64,000 nt of DNA from Lingula anatina (Eukaryota; Animalia; Brachiopoda). This document shows positions 50,701 to 62,137 of the stretch, one piece after another. The position numbers and the translations under genes are program-made. The stretch covers positions 24,122,848 through 24,186,847 of the forward strand of contig CM120643.1 of NCBI GenBank assembly GCA_051362555.1. Reading direction: 5' to 3'. Under the pieces are notes generated by a model that saw nothing but the letters and a program-made list of their open reading frames with translations, was not told the DNA's origin and did not search any database. Each line of letters opens with the position of its first letter. Position 1 is the stretch's first letter.

Positions 50701-53700
50701 GTGTATATGTCTTACTATTATTACATTTTATTATAAGAATGTAAGAAATATTAAGCTTTGGGGGTATCTCTTTTTTACTTGAAATAGAAACACAGCCGAA
50801 AGAGAAATCCCCTTTTTTTTTTGTGGTGACCTGGTATATGGGTACGTCACTGTTAATTTTAAGTCTAACCTGTGGAGCTTGTATGGTTATTCCTGCTGTC
50901 GTTGTCTCAAACACGTGCTCATAATGTCCCGCATACCTACTGACATCAGTGGATGTACCTGAAGCAAAATCCATTCATTTGTACAACTGTTTACAAGGCC
51001 TCAGTTACCAGGTAGATATGTCCATGACAACACAATTATGCATACTTCACAGTTGTGTTTTTACTAAATTTAAAAAGTCCTGTTTTACAATTCCCTGAAT
51101 TATGTTATAGATGGGATTTGGGTGTCAATTTTCTTTTTTCTTTTCAGAAATTTCTCACAAAAGAAAACACTTTGGCAAACGCAAAGTATGGCCTTGCCTA
51201 AAGTGCTACATTTAAATAGCTATAATGAAAGCTCCCTCACCCCCCATATCAAAGCCTATGACTGGGGATTCCGTCTCCCTCTGGTATGTAGTCAGTGCAT
51301 AGCCCACCACTCCACCAGCTGGGCCAGACAGGATTGCTCGGGATCCATTGAATCTGGAGTAATAGGCATTTATAATCATATTGTATTTAATAGGTCTTCT
51401 TATACTGATTAACTTGAAAAAGCACTGTGCATTTTAACAAGATTCAACAGGCGCAAATGGTGCAAATTAAATGTATAAATACTTTGTATGTCACTTCAAC
51501 AAGACACATTAAGAATAGATTAACTTAAATATTTATCCTTAAATGAAGCAGCAACTGATAGCTTAGATTTGAAAACAAAAATTCTGTTGTGAAACCGATT
51601 CCAATTTAATTGAAGATGGAGTGTTTAGTGACCTACTTCCCAACAGGTGTCAAGCCTCCATCTGACTGCATGAACAGAACTCTCACTCCCTGGAAGAGAC
51701 ATTATAATACACATCTTATTATCTTAATCCCCAAAGAGGATGCCTCTGGTTCATTAATGCATATTACAGGTACTTCACATCTTATATTCTATTTTTAAAA
51801 TATTGCAAGACTGATCCCAGACAAGCATTTTAAATTAATAGTATGCATTTTGAATACCTGTACTCAAGAAAAAATTTAATACCCACCTGTGGTTTCTCTT
51901 CACTCACCTGTAAATGATCCCTAAAGCCGGACATAAACCCAGTGACATAGCGGTTAATGCAGGGGGTTAAGTAAGCATCTGCGCACGCTGGAGAAAACAA
52001 AATACATAGAGTACAGTAAACATATGTACACACAGGTAGGACAATTTACAGGGGGTCAGAAGAAAAAATTATTGATCTACCAAAACAATGCAAATACTTC
52101 CATTACATAAAATATAAGTATTTGTCGAAAACTGTTGTAGCCCTTTGGTACCACCTTGGCTTGACAGGGAAGAAGTCCCAGTATAACACTGACCTGTATA
52201 CCTCATGGGACAGCATACTCTGATCTGTATACCTCATGGGACAGTATAACACTGACCTGTATACCTCATGGGACAGTATAACACTAACCTGTATACCCCC
52301 TGGGACAGCATACTCTGATCTGTATACCTCATGGGACAGTATAACACTGACCTGTATACCCCCTGGGACAGTATAACACTGACCTGTATACCTCATGGGA
52401 CAGTATAACACTGACCTGTATACCCCCTGGGACAGTATAACACTGACCTGTATACCCCCTGGGACAGTATAACACTGCCCTGTATGCCCCCTGGGACAGT
52501 ATAACACTGCCCTGTATGCCCCCGGGACAGTATAACACTGACCTGTATGCCCCCCCTGGACAGTATAACACTGACCTGTATGCCCCCTGGGACAGTATAA
52601 CACTGACCTGTATGCCCCCTGGGACAGTATAACACTGACCTGTATGCCCCCTGGGACAGTATAACACTGACCTGTATATCCCCAGGGACAGTATAAAACT
52701 GACCTGTACACCCCCTGAGACATTATTACACTGACCTGTATAGCCCCTGGGTACCATCCTGACCATAGGCATGACATCTGAGGACAGAGACACCTGGGTA
52801 AAACCCATTTCCTTGGCCAGTTGTCCCACCTCACGCTCATGGTCGCCAAGCCTGAACAAGGATAGAGAGCTATGGTCAATAACCTGAGTTTGAATATAGT
52901 TGGCTCTGAAGTGCTCTTTATCTTATAACTTGAATAATTGCTTACTGGTAGCAAATGTGTTTACTGGTAGAAAAGAAAGTAAATCTTTGCATAATTTGAA
53001 CAAATTATTTTCTAGTCCCTAAGAGTCGGCTGTAGTATCACCCAACTATGATTTAACATTTTTTCACACAAATAACCTAAACCAATAAACTTATAGACAA
53101 AAGACTATAAGCTTTAATTTGTAATTCTATGCATCTTTATGAAATGAGTCAAATCATTCTTTATTAGACAAATGAGAAATACAGATAAAAAATCTTTCAT
53201 CATATTAAATTTATTTATAAAAATCAAATGATTATATTTATTTAATACTCTTCAGTTATGATTTCAATATTTGATAAATATTCTGAAGTCCTTCGTGTTA
53301 TAATTGTAACTTTTACTAATAACAATGAAAGTTAACACCTACGAATAAGCATGCATCAAAACTACAGCAAGGCTCCTAATCCCCATGTCATAAACTACTT
53401 TCAAGTCTTCTTTCAATCTCTCTATATTGATAGGCTGCCAGATTTCAAACTGAAAATATAAAACGAACATGTAGTCAATCTTAAAAAAAAAAAAGAAAAA
53501 AGAAAATAAATTAGACAAAAATATAAATACATCATATGAATCCGTTTAATATCTACTATTAAAAATTTATATGAGATACCTGTTCTCCTGTGGTTCCTTG
53601 GACTTTTTCACATTTCTTTCCGAGTTCACATTTCTCGTTGTGTAGCACGACTCTCTCCTCAACCTCAATAACTGTCTCATACAGGACCTCTGGGGTTACA

Positions 53701-55146
53701 ATTTCCTGAAATTTACAAACAACTTAAAATACATTTTTTTTTTTTTTTTCTGATTCTCATCCATTTTAAAAACCTTATGTCTTTAAATATATATCTAAAA
53801 ATTAACTTTTATACTTTGGTAAGTCCAGATATGTTAGTCATATTTAACTTGTTTGTTTTATAGTGACTGACCATTACTTATGTTCTTGCAATTTATTTAA
53901 ATTTATTTATTCAATAATAAAATGTCACAAACTCATTGTCAAATAATATCACACTGGCCAATAACTATAAATTTTTCTTTATTTGTAGAAGTTTTATTTT
54001 CATCTGAATCAAGTTGAACCCTGAATAGTACATTTATTTCATACATATATGGCACATACCAAATCAAATATCTTTGGTCTAGCTTGATTGCCAATGTGCA
54101 GGATATCTTTGAAGCCCTTTGTCACCACCAGTGCAATACGCTCCCCCTTACGCTCTAGGAGAGCATTTGTGGCCACAGTGGTCCCCATTCTGATCCATTC
54201 TATGATGGAAGACTCTACGGGCTGGTCTATAGGCATCTCTATCCCTGTTTCCTGAAAGGTGAGCATAACATTAATTTTATATGCAGTAACTGAGACTGTT
54301 AAAACAGCTGATTTATCTCTTTCTTCCTATTTCTTTCATAATTACTAATAATCTTTTTTGTTATTCTTTTCTATCCATTAATTCCTGGATCTATTAACTT
54401 CTAATTGTCATTATCTTTGCACTGGGTATATTAATAATAATATTTAATTTTAACAAATGCATTTTCAAAAGCTAATTATTTTAAACAAAATGTCTGAAAA
54501 GCTTTAGAAAAAATGTAGCCTGCTTCTGTTCTATATATGCTCTATGACTGTGTTCAAACTAATACTAAAATTTGCAGTTAAACATAACATAATACAATAT
54601 ATCAAAACCACATGCATATCACATTACATATATACTGGTATGTGGCTGAGCCAAGAATAGAATTATGCAGCAGTCATCTAAAGGTTAACTTCAATTATTT
54701 ATGCCACCTGCACAGCTGAACCTGACATCCAGAAAACGCCCAAGCCTTAGGTCCTCACTGTACTGCAGCTCAGCATACCTGTACTTTTGTATTGAGATAT
54801 GTATTAAATATCCCTTCAACTGCTCATATTAATAAATACATTATATAAATTATAATATCTGCAGTTTGGATTTGACTTTGATGCTACCGGTATTAAGGGT
54901 GGAAAAGCTAGGCGCCATACTGTCCATCTGGCAAGACCTGATAGCTCCCCGTCCTACCTGTTCCAGTATTCGCCTAATGCCTTCTCGAGGAGCATCGCTG
55001 TAGTTGGACGGATCCTCCGACAACAATTTCATTTCAACAATTTTCCCACCTGGACATCTTGCCCAAACGTCGGTGAAAGTCCCGCCTCTGTCGATCGCAA
55101 ATTCAAACTTCTCATCGCTTAGATCGTTGAGATCCATCTTCGCCAT
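38325..55146 (-). CDS. OPLAH: 5-oxoprolinase (ATP-hydrolysing; hydantoinase A + B domains), 34 coding exons, ~1313 aa
   Basis: Motifs [154 protein letters not shown]. Exons (+ coordinates, gene order): 54958-55146, 54060-54251, 53580-53705, 53343-53449, 52736-52851, 51908-51987, 51637-51689, 51241-51353, 50870-50958, 50533-50650, 50144-50286, 49580-49708, 49104-49216, 48830-48918, 48458-48539, 47923-48060, 47330-47468, 46937-47049, 46434-46497, 45941-46041, 45659-45695, 45221-45331, 44718-44819, 44318-44492, 43827-43936, 43452-43526, 43004-43150, 41576-41710, 41094-41243, 40705-40779, 40225-40307, 39646-39806, 39103-39200, 38325-38513. All introns are GT-AG and the phases chain without a stop. 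Confidence 0.96.
41813..42768. mobile_element. ~950-bp MITE with terminal and long internal inverted repeats in OPLAH intron 27
   Basis: TIR AAATAGAGTCTTTTCCACG / CGTGGAAAAGACTCTATTT. Internal arms ~41907-42155 and ~42245-42478 are reverse complements (TCGGTACTTTTGTAGTATACCCCCC / GGGGGGTATACTACAAAAGTACCGA). CpG-rich relative to the flanks. Confidence 0.85.
44617..44701. repeat. (GT)n(GA)n compound microsatellite in OPLAH intron 23
   Basis: Visible directly in the sequence. Confidence 0.95.
50457..50581 (-). repeat. 64-bp tandem duplication of the 3' end of OPLAH exon 10 plus its splice donor
   Basis: TGTGATA(G/A)TTACCTTTTTTATAGCACACAGGCCCAGGGTGGGCACCTGCAGACTCTGGACC occurs at 50457 and at 50521. 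Confidence 0.95.
52177..52751 (-). repeat. 32-bp minisatellite (18 units) made of the OPLAH exon 5/intron 5 junction
   Basis: Unit on - strand GTCCCAGGGGGYATACAG|GTCAGTGTTATACT. The first unit is the real exon end (CCCAGGGGCTATACAG|GTCAGT). This repeat explains the periodic ORFs at 52103-52954. Confidence 0.95.
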
Positions 55147-55496
55147 GATCTACGGGCGAGTTCCAAGCTTTTTGACGAAGTGGATTTAGGATTTTGCAAA
55201 GTTGTCGGTCACGCTCCACCTGTTTGTTTACTAGGTACAGGTTACACATGCGACCTCAATCAGGATTAGGATTTTGGGGTCAACCAAGATAAGCCACTAA
55301 ATAAACAGGCGATCATGTGTAAGTATAGTTTAAGTTCGTCAATGAAAAAGCAATTTGTATAATATGCAAAATAGTATCATGTGCTCAAAATAGAACAGAA
55401 AGCTTGCAATTTTGATTTATGCATATTTTGTGCATGACGATTAACTCACGTCGGTAACAAGGTCAAACCCGAGATTTCACGAGAGCAGGAAGCAGC
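55147..55496. promoter_or_regulatory. Putative bidirectional promoter and 5' UTRs shared by OPLAH and EXOSC4
   Basis: Only 350 bp separate the two divergent start codons, and the region is CpG-richer than the adjacent introns. No TSS can be seen directly. Confidence 0.7.
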
Positions 55497-57372
55497 ATGG
55501 CCGGTCTGGAGTTGCTTTCTGATCAGGGTTTCCGCATAGACGGCCGCCGGCCGCATGAATTGCGAAGAATACAGTGTCGCATGGGAGTTTTCGGTCAGGC
55601 AGAGGGATCTGCGTACGTGGAACAAGGGAACACTAAAGTTTTAGCGGCTGTTTACGGTCCACATGAGGTGCTTCATTCTTATTCTTGAATTTGAAAGTCC
55701 AGACTCCCACTTCCATTTAAAATGCATGCACAGAGATAGTATTCCAGGCTTTAATGTATTATTATGGATAACATTTTAGATTTCAGTTATGCATTCCAAA
55801 CTGAAACTATTAAACTTCCCTAACAGAAACGCAATTCATGATTTAATACACAAACGTATCTGTATAATAATAATATAATTATTAATATTAGTAATAAGTT
55901 AATAATATATACTGATTGATTTTAGTACTGCTATTTTATCAATTTATTAGAGCAGCCTATTCATTATTTACAGTTTATTTTATTGTCTATTTTTTATTGT
56001 TTTGATTTTATCCTCTTATAGTTAAATTTAAAATCTAATTACTTCTTGCGGCAAGAAATTAATTATTGACATTGTAGTCATACATTGTTACATGGATTAT
56101 TTAATCATATATAATATATTTTACTATGTATATCATTATCATAATAACCTTTGCAGATCCGAGGCAGCAGAGGGAAGATGCAACCAGACAAGGTGCTGAT
56201 CAACTGTCAGTACAGCATGGCCACATTTAGTACGGGGGAGAGAAAGAGGAGGCCGCGGGGAGACAGGAAGTCACAGGAGATGACAAAACACCTACAGCAG
56301 ACATTTGAGGCTGCTGTACTGACACATCTGTATCCCAGGTCACAAATTGATATTTTTGTTGAGGTAAGTAGGACCATTATAATAGAAAATGCAAGACAAA
56401 GAAAAATATAGGCAAAATAGTACAGTTTCTAAAGACATTAAATGGGTATCTACATACAGGGCATCCAGTTTTTACCTTTCAACAAATTTACAAATGATTT
56501 TACTTTCACCATCATTACGCAAGACACAATAATAAAAGGTATTTCATATTTTACAAGATTTTGTGACAGCTGAGATTTAAATGCTTTGGTTTGTCACTTT
56601 GAAATACACCTGAAAATACATTATACTAGCCATGTTGAGATAAGAGCAAACTACATAACTAGAATTTTTGGCTTCTAAATTGAAAGTGGATGCTCTAACA
56701 CTCATTCTTATGAATTGTACTCAAAGTTACAAAAACCTGTTTCTTCAAATGACAGTTTAGTTTGAGTAATGAGTACTCAATATTTTACTGTGTAACAAGA
56801 CACCTTCATCAGGGAGTGAGGCTATAATACTAAAACCGTTGTACTGTTAATAATTCTATGAGTAAAGCCATTCTTTGACAAAAATATTATAATTGTAACT
56901 AAGAGTGCCTAACACAGCTGCTGACTTTCTTTGTTGCTCAGACACTTGCACATTCCCCAAATGCTCACCCAGCACACCTAACACAATACCGTTATTGCTT
57001 CAGGTTCTCCAGTCTGATGGTGGGAACTACTGCGCCAGTGTCAACGCTGCCACTCTAGCCATCATAGATGCAGGCATTCCTATGAAAGACTATGTTTGCG
57101 CCTGCTCTGCCAGCTACATAGAAGATAACCCAGTAGTAGACATTAACTATTTGGAGGAGTCATCGGGAAGTGCCGAGCTCATCATGGCCATGTTGCCCAA
57201 GTCAGAGCAGATTGTACTCCTACAGATGAATTCTAGATTGCACGAGGACAATCTCAGTAAAGTAATGGACATGGCCACTCAGGGGTGTAAGGATGTCCAC
57301 TCTATACTGGACACTGCAGTCAGAGAACATTTGACCAGCAGTATAGCACTACAGGACAGTAGTGTCACATAG
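55497..57372 (+). CDS. EXOSC4: Exosome complex component RRP41 (RNase PH family), 3 exons, 248 aa
   Basis: Exons 55497-55667, 56157-56363, 57004-57372, with phase-0 GT-AG introns. MAGLELLSDQGFRIDGRRPHELR...GSAYVEQGNTKVLAAVYGPHE...YSMATFSTGERK...YPRSQIDIFVEVLQSDGG...NAATLAIIDAGIPM is the Rrp41 signature. Confidence 0.97.
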
Positions 57373-57960
57373 TCGATAGAGAATAGACTGGCAGTTTTGG
57401 GCCTTGGGGAACCCTATGCCAAAAAATAATTAATTTTTTTTTAAATAAATGAATAAATAGGTACTACTATACAAAAAGTGAATACATTTTCTGCCTTGAT
57501 GTCTTGGACGTGACGGCCAGTTACCGTGATTTTTTTTTTAGAAAACCAGGGATGTGGTTGCCAGATAATTATGATTTTTGTAAGAAGAGAGGAAATCGCA
57601 AAAAGTATTGGATTACAGTAAGACCTGCTTCTATGTACATGGTACTTTTAGGAAGATGTATGGAATCTGTAAAGATTAATTGTCTAGTTTTTAAAATCCT
57701 GATTCATGGCCTTTAGAAATTCACTTTAATGTGGTTGTATTTTTGTAGAAGCAAAAGTTTCTAAATAAATCATGTATCATTTCGTAATCCTGTCAGCACA
57801 GTTTTTTCTCCTACAAATGTGATATCAGTTGGGATGACAGATTGTTGAAGGCATATTTTCATCGCTTTTCTGTAAATGCTTAATGGATGTTTAAAAAATA
57901 CTTTAAAGCGTACACTGAAACATCTTAAGCTGTCTAACTCAGTAGACTGTTCTGAGTGTA

Positions 57961-58265
57961 AGACTATGTTCCCATAAACCCATCATGCCAGCTGGATCGC
58001 TCTAACTGGGTTAATAAGACTGGATTCCATGCCTAGACCGATCCATCTGGATCGGTCTAAACCCCTGGGGAGTCTCACTATATTGCTATCAACTTAACCG
58101 GTTTAAATGTCTGTCACGCCTACCAAATCAGCTAGGGGGTAAAGATAATTACCCCCTAACAGCTTTACTAGGCATGACAGACATTTAAGGTGGTTAAGTT
58201 GATAGCAATTTAGTGAGACTCCACAGGGAGATAGATCGATCCAAATATCTGTGGGAATGGTCCCT
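57961..58265. mobile_element. Palindromic MITE (Harbinger-like terminus GGGAATGGTCCCT-AA)
   Basis: Long imperfect palindrome centred on TAGGGGGTAAAGATAATTACCCCCTA, with arms GAGTCTCACTA..TTGCTATCAACTTAACC / GGTTAAGTTGATAGCAA..TAGTGAGACTC. Confidence 0.8.
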
Positions 58266-58473
58266 AACTTTCGACTACTTTAAATAGAAATTCTGCTGAT
58301 TTCCCAATTCAATATGGCAATCTTGGAATAGGGTTTGCCCTCTTTTATTTCCTCGCTTGTTTTAAGGGGCACTATTCAAGAAAATAATGTGGAAAATGTG
58401 CTTACTGCGTATTATAGATTTGTTGCGTATAATGAATGGTCTTTAGTTTCAACGAATTTATTTACTATTAAAC

Positions 58474-58771
58474 TTGGTTCCTATACATAGATTGATCCAT
58501 CTGGATCGATCTAACTCCCTGGGGAGTTTCACTAAATTGTTATCAACTGACCGGCGTAAATGTCTGTCACGCCTACCAAATCAGCTAGGGGATAAAGATA
58601 ATTACCCCCTAACAGCTTTAGTAGGCGACAATGAAGCCGGTCAAATTGGCAGCAATTTAGTGAGACTTCCCAGGGAGATAGAACGATACAAATATCTATG
58701 GGAATGGTCCCTTACACCGCATTCCCACAGATTTGGATCGATCCATCTGGATCTACCTATCTCCCTGGGGG
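58474..58771. mobile_element. Second copy of the same palindromic MITE followed by the start of another copy
   Basis: Highly similar to 58040-58265 and ends GGGAATGGTCCCTTA. A new left arm CACCGCATTCCCACAGATTTGGATCGATCC...CCCTGGGG follows immediately. Confidence 0.78.
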
Positions 58772-61700
58772 TACACGTAGCTTTCTCCCACCAGTCACCA
58801 CAAACAGAAGTCATTTATGCTCCACCGGAAAAAATTTCAAAACCCCAAAAATAAATGCAATTAACTGGACTTTGCCTTTCAAACTGAACACGATAAGTGA
58901 CATGCTACACCATTAAGGACAAGGAAACGACCGAACGAAAATTGATTGCAGCATTACGGTAGAGCATGTATTTTGTTGGTTTGGGAGGATTTCAAACTTG
59001 TTGCAATCAATTTCCTTGTTTTTTTCCTCTCTCTGTGATGTACTTAGTCCTTTTCCTAGTTGTTCATTGGATGTATTTATTTGCTTGTTGCAAATGCTTG
59101 GCGGTTTTAGTGTGCAAAACAAATTGCCATCATTGTGAATTTTTGTTCCTTTTGGATTCCAACCGTCTTTGATCTTTAAAAAAGAAGACAAGGTCACGGG
59201 AGCTATTAACATTGTTTTCCTGCTTTCCTTTTAAGAAACGGACAAAAGCACTTAAAAGGAAGCTTCCCAAAACCTATATATAGGTTAACATTAAAATGCA
59301 CAAAAGCACCAATTTCCTAAATGGTATTTAAATCTTGCAAGTAAGATGAAATCTTTCTTTCCACTAGGGATAATGGGATGTTTTCTTTCATCAAGCTGGT
59401 TTCATTTGCGTTTTGTGAAAAACAAGTAATTATTAGAATCATGCTTTTGGGCGTAAGTAATTTCTACTCTGATGCTCCTTCACAGTAACGTTGAGGAGCA
59501 ACGGAAATACTGGAATTGAACTCCTCATTTCAATATTGAGTATGTCATGGAGCTCTACTTTAAACTGTGGAATATCACATGCCAACATATTTCATTACGT
59601 TTTGGCGCAGTCAAGTTTTGTTTGCAAATGGAAGTATTGAAAAAGGTTGAAGGTCTACTGGGACCATAAATTGTACACTTACGATTGTTTGCTTTTAGGC
59701 AAATGCTTCTTTGTATCTCTGTTTTCCTGGAAGGGAGTCTTTGCCAGGTTTCGGTAGACCTTGCCCGCTTTTCTAGGTATCTGTTTGTATCTAGATTTCT
59801 CTCCATAATGGAGGTAAAACTATATTATTGCAAAAAAAAAAAAAAAAAATGAAAGAGGAAGAAAAAAAGAAATCATAAAAACATCCGTCATTTCCAGACG
59901 TTCGAACACTCCCATCTCTCCTTAAACTTACAAAATATAATAAAAGTGATACGTAAAAATGATATGATACTCTTATTTCATCTCCTGTCACAAAGAGGTC
60001 TGTCGATTGAATTTCGATAACCGGCTGTTCTGTGCCAACATGAGGTCTCACAGAACTGATTGGATAATGGAATACTAATAGGTTTTGTCTCGAAATTAGT
60101 GCAAAATTGTGTAGTCAGAAATAGCTAACAAAGTTAATTTCATTATTAGCCCATTAATTACTTTACGTCAATTTTAGTTTTAGTAGACCTAACACTCCAC
60201 TGCGGTTGAATTTACCTTTATTTCCCCTTTCCAGTGATTAGGTCATACCACAACACAAAATCTGAAGAGTGGCTGAAAGCTTTTGCTGTAAAAGGCTTAT
60301 ATTGTACGCTCTACTAAAGGTTTCTCTAGCTACATGTACATGTAGCTGTTACAAAACTATACGAAAGACGTCTAATGTAAACTATATGTTTACAGCAAGA
60401 GAAGACCTCTGTTAGACAGTGCTTATTTGGCACGATGCAATCGTTTTGTGATCTCACGGATATCCTGTGGTTATTGATGACAAGGATTAAACTTCCAGCA
60501 ATTTGGACATTTAAAGGCAAAGAAAATAAAAGTTTCCGTTGCACGCAGTTCTTTTCTTGGAAATTACAGCGACTCGTTTACAGTCCCACAATGAGTGCTA
60601 AAACTTTATACAGCAAAAAATTAATTTTTCTGGAGAAAACTCTTAATCATCAAGGTACACCAAATTCAAAACCGTCAATAAAACACGACCTCCATTACAA
60701 ACCCGTCTTTGAGTTCTTGGCTTTCAAATTTTGAGCCGCTTTCGCAATAGAAGTGAATATCCCTAAACGATAGCTGGCGTAAACATTGCGGTTAACGCTT
60801 ACCCTTTAGCTAGCAGCAGCTTCTAGCACGAAAGAAGTATCAAATACAGAAATGAAATAAAAGGTTTATTTCAGCTTATCAGCATTATATACCTATGTAT
60901 ACTTGTAATGTACTTTTACAGAATTTCACTTAATTAAGCATTACTTACGAAACGATTTCCAATTTATTAACTTGAAAAGCAAAGCCACGTCTACCAATTT
61001 TTAGATTTTTAAGGTTTTTGTTTTAACACCAGAAAGAGAAGACAATAGCTTAAATATTGATGATTTGACAGACTTGCACTATTCGAATGACTTTAGTAAA
61101 ATTCTAATACCAGTTTGGTATTTGGTCTGGGTGCAGCTGATTTGTCTCTGAAAACTGCACTCTCAGAATCAAAAAGCGACCTCCGACCCCTTTCTAATAT
61201 TATTTTAAGAATTTGAACTGGATAGCATTTCTGAATTAATTGGTTAAATTAGAAATCATCTAAACCACGCTTAAAAAAACTGACGTTAATAATGCATATG
61301 ACAACTGAACGTGATGGCAAATGAGTCTACTTAATGGCGGTCATCATTCAAATTGACAATGACATAGTCAGGAGCAGTTTTGCATAAAACAACCGCTTAC
61401 ACTGTAAATCTCTTCGCTAATGGAGCTTAGAGAGATGTATAAGTGTAATGGAATTAATCCTACCCGCCGTGTATAATGACGCGCGGAGGAACTGCACCGA
61501 CACAACCCTGTCTAGAGGTTTCACAAAAGTAATGGTGTATGATAGGCGACAGAGTAGTTTGATCTATGAAGAATGGGAAATGAAGTCTCCGGTCGAGTCT
61601 GGTCTGAGTAAACGGGGGTTTCGTGAGCACACAAAAGAGACGCCCTCAAAGATATACTTCAGTAATTCTAAATTGTCTGAGATGAACCTCATCCTACAAA

Positions 61701-61893
61701 AAATACGTTTCCCGCAAAGTCGGAGAATTTGTTTGAAGCAGGCTGGTGCCTTTACACCCGACTGACTTTAAACAACAGTGATCGGCCCAAATCGTTTCAG
61801 CGACGGCCAAATAGAAACGAGAGACAACGGGGTCTCTCGGGAAATTTTGTAGCCTGATAACGCGAGATCTCGGTGAGATCTTGATGCAGTTTA

Positions 61894-62127
61894 AGGGACC
61901 ATTCCCAGACCCTTTCGTACTAAGTGTGGATCGATCTATCTCCAAGGGGATTCTCGCTAAATTGCAATTAACTTTAGCGGCTTAGATGTTTGTAACGCCT
62001 ACTGAAGCTGCTGGGGGGGGGGGGGAAATAACTATCGTTTTGCAGCTTCATTAGGCGTGCCAGATATATAAGCCACTTAAGCTGAAAGCAATTTAGCGAG
62101 AAACCCCTTGGAGATGGATCGATCCTG
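61894..62127. mobile_element. Diverged copy of the palindromic MITE family
   Basis: Starts TTA|AGGGACCATTCCCAG, with arms GGATCGATCTATCTCCAAGGGGATTCTCGCTAAATTGC / GCAATTTAGCGAGAAACCCCTTGGAGATGGATCGATCC. Confidence 0.75.
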
Positions 62128-62137
62128 TTAGATTGTT

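Noticed and set aside
52103-52954. 283-aa, 176-aa and 80-aa ORFs with 32-aa periodicity
   Set aside because: They are products of the stop-poor 32-bp minisatellite read in three frames. Only 52736-52851 is a supported exon.
56755-56815. Hammerhead-ribozyme-like motif on the - strand (CCTGATGAAGGTGTCTTGTTACAC, then a short hairpin), reminiscent of Penelope-type ends
   Set aside because: The required GAAA core is missing (GTAAAA) and helices I and III cannot be built convincingly. At most it is a decayed remnant.
61448-61945. ORFs of 105 and 83 aa downstream of EXOSC4
   Set aside because: No recognisable domain or supported splice structure, and one overlaps a MITE.
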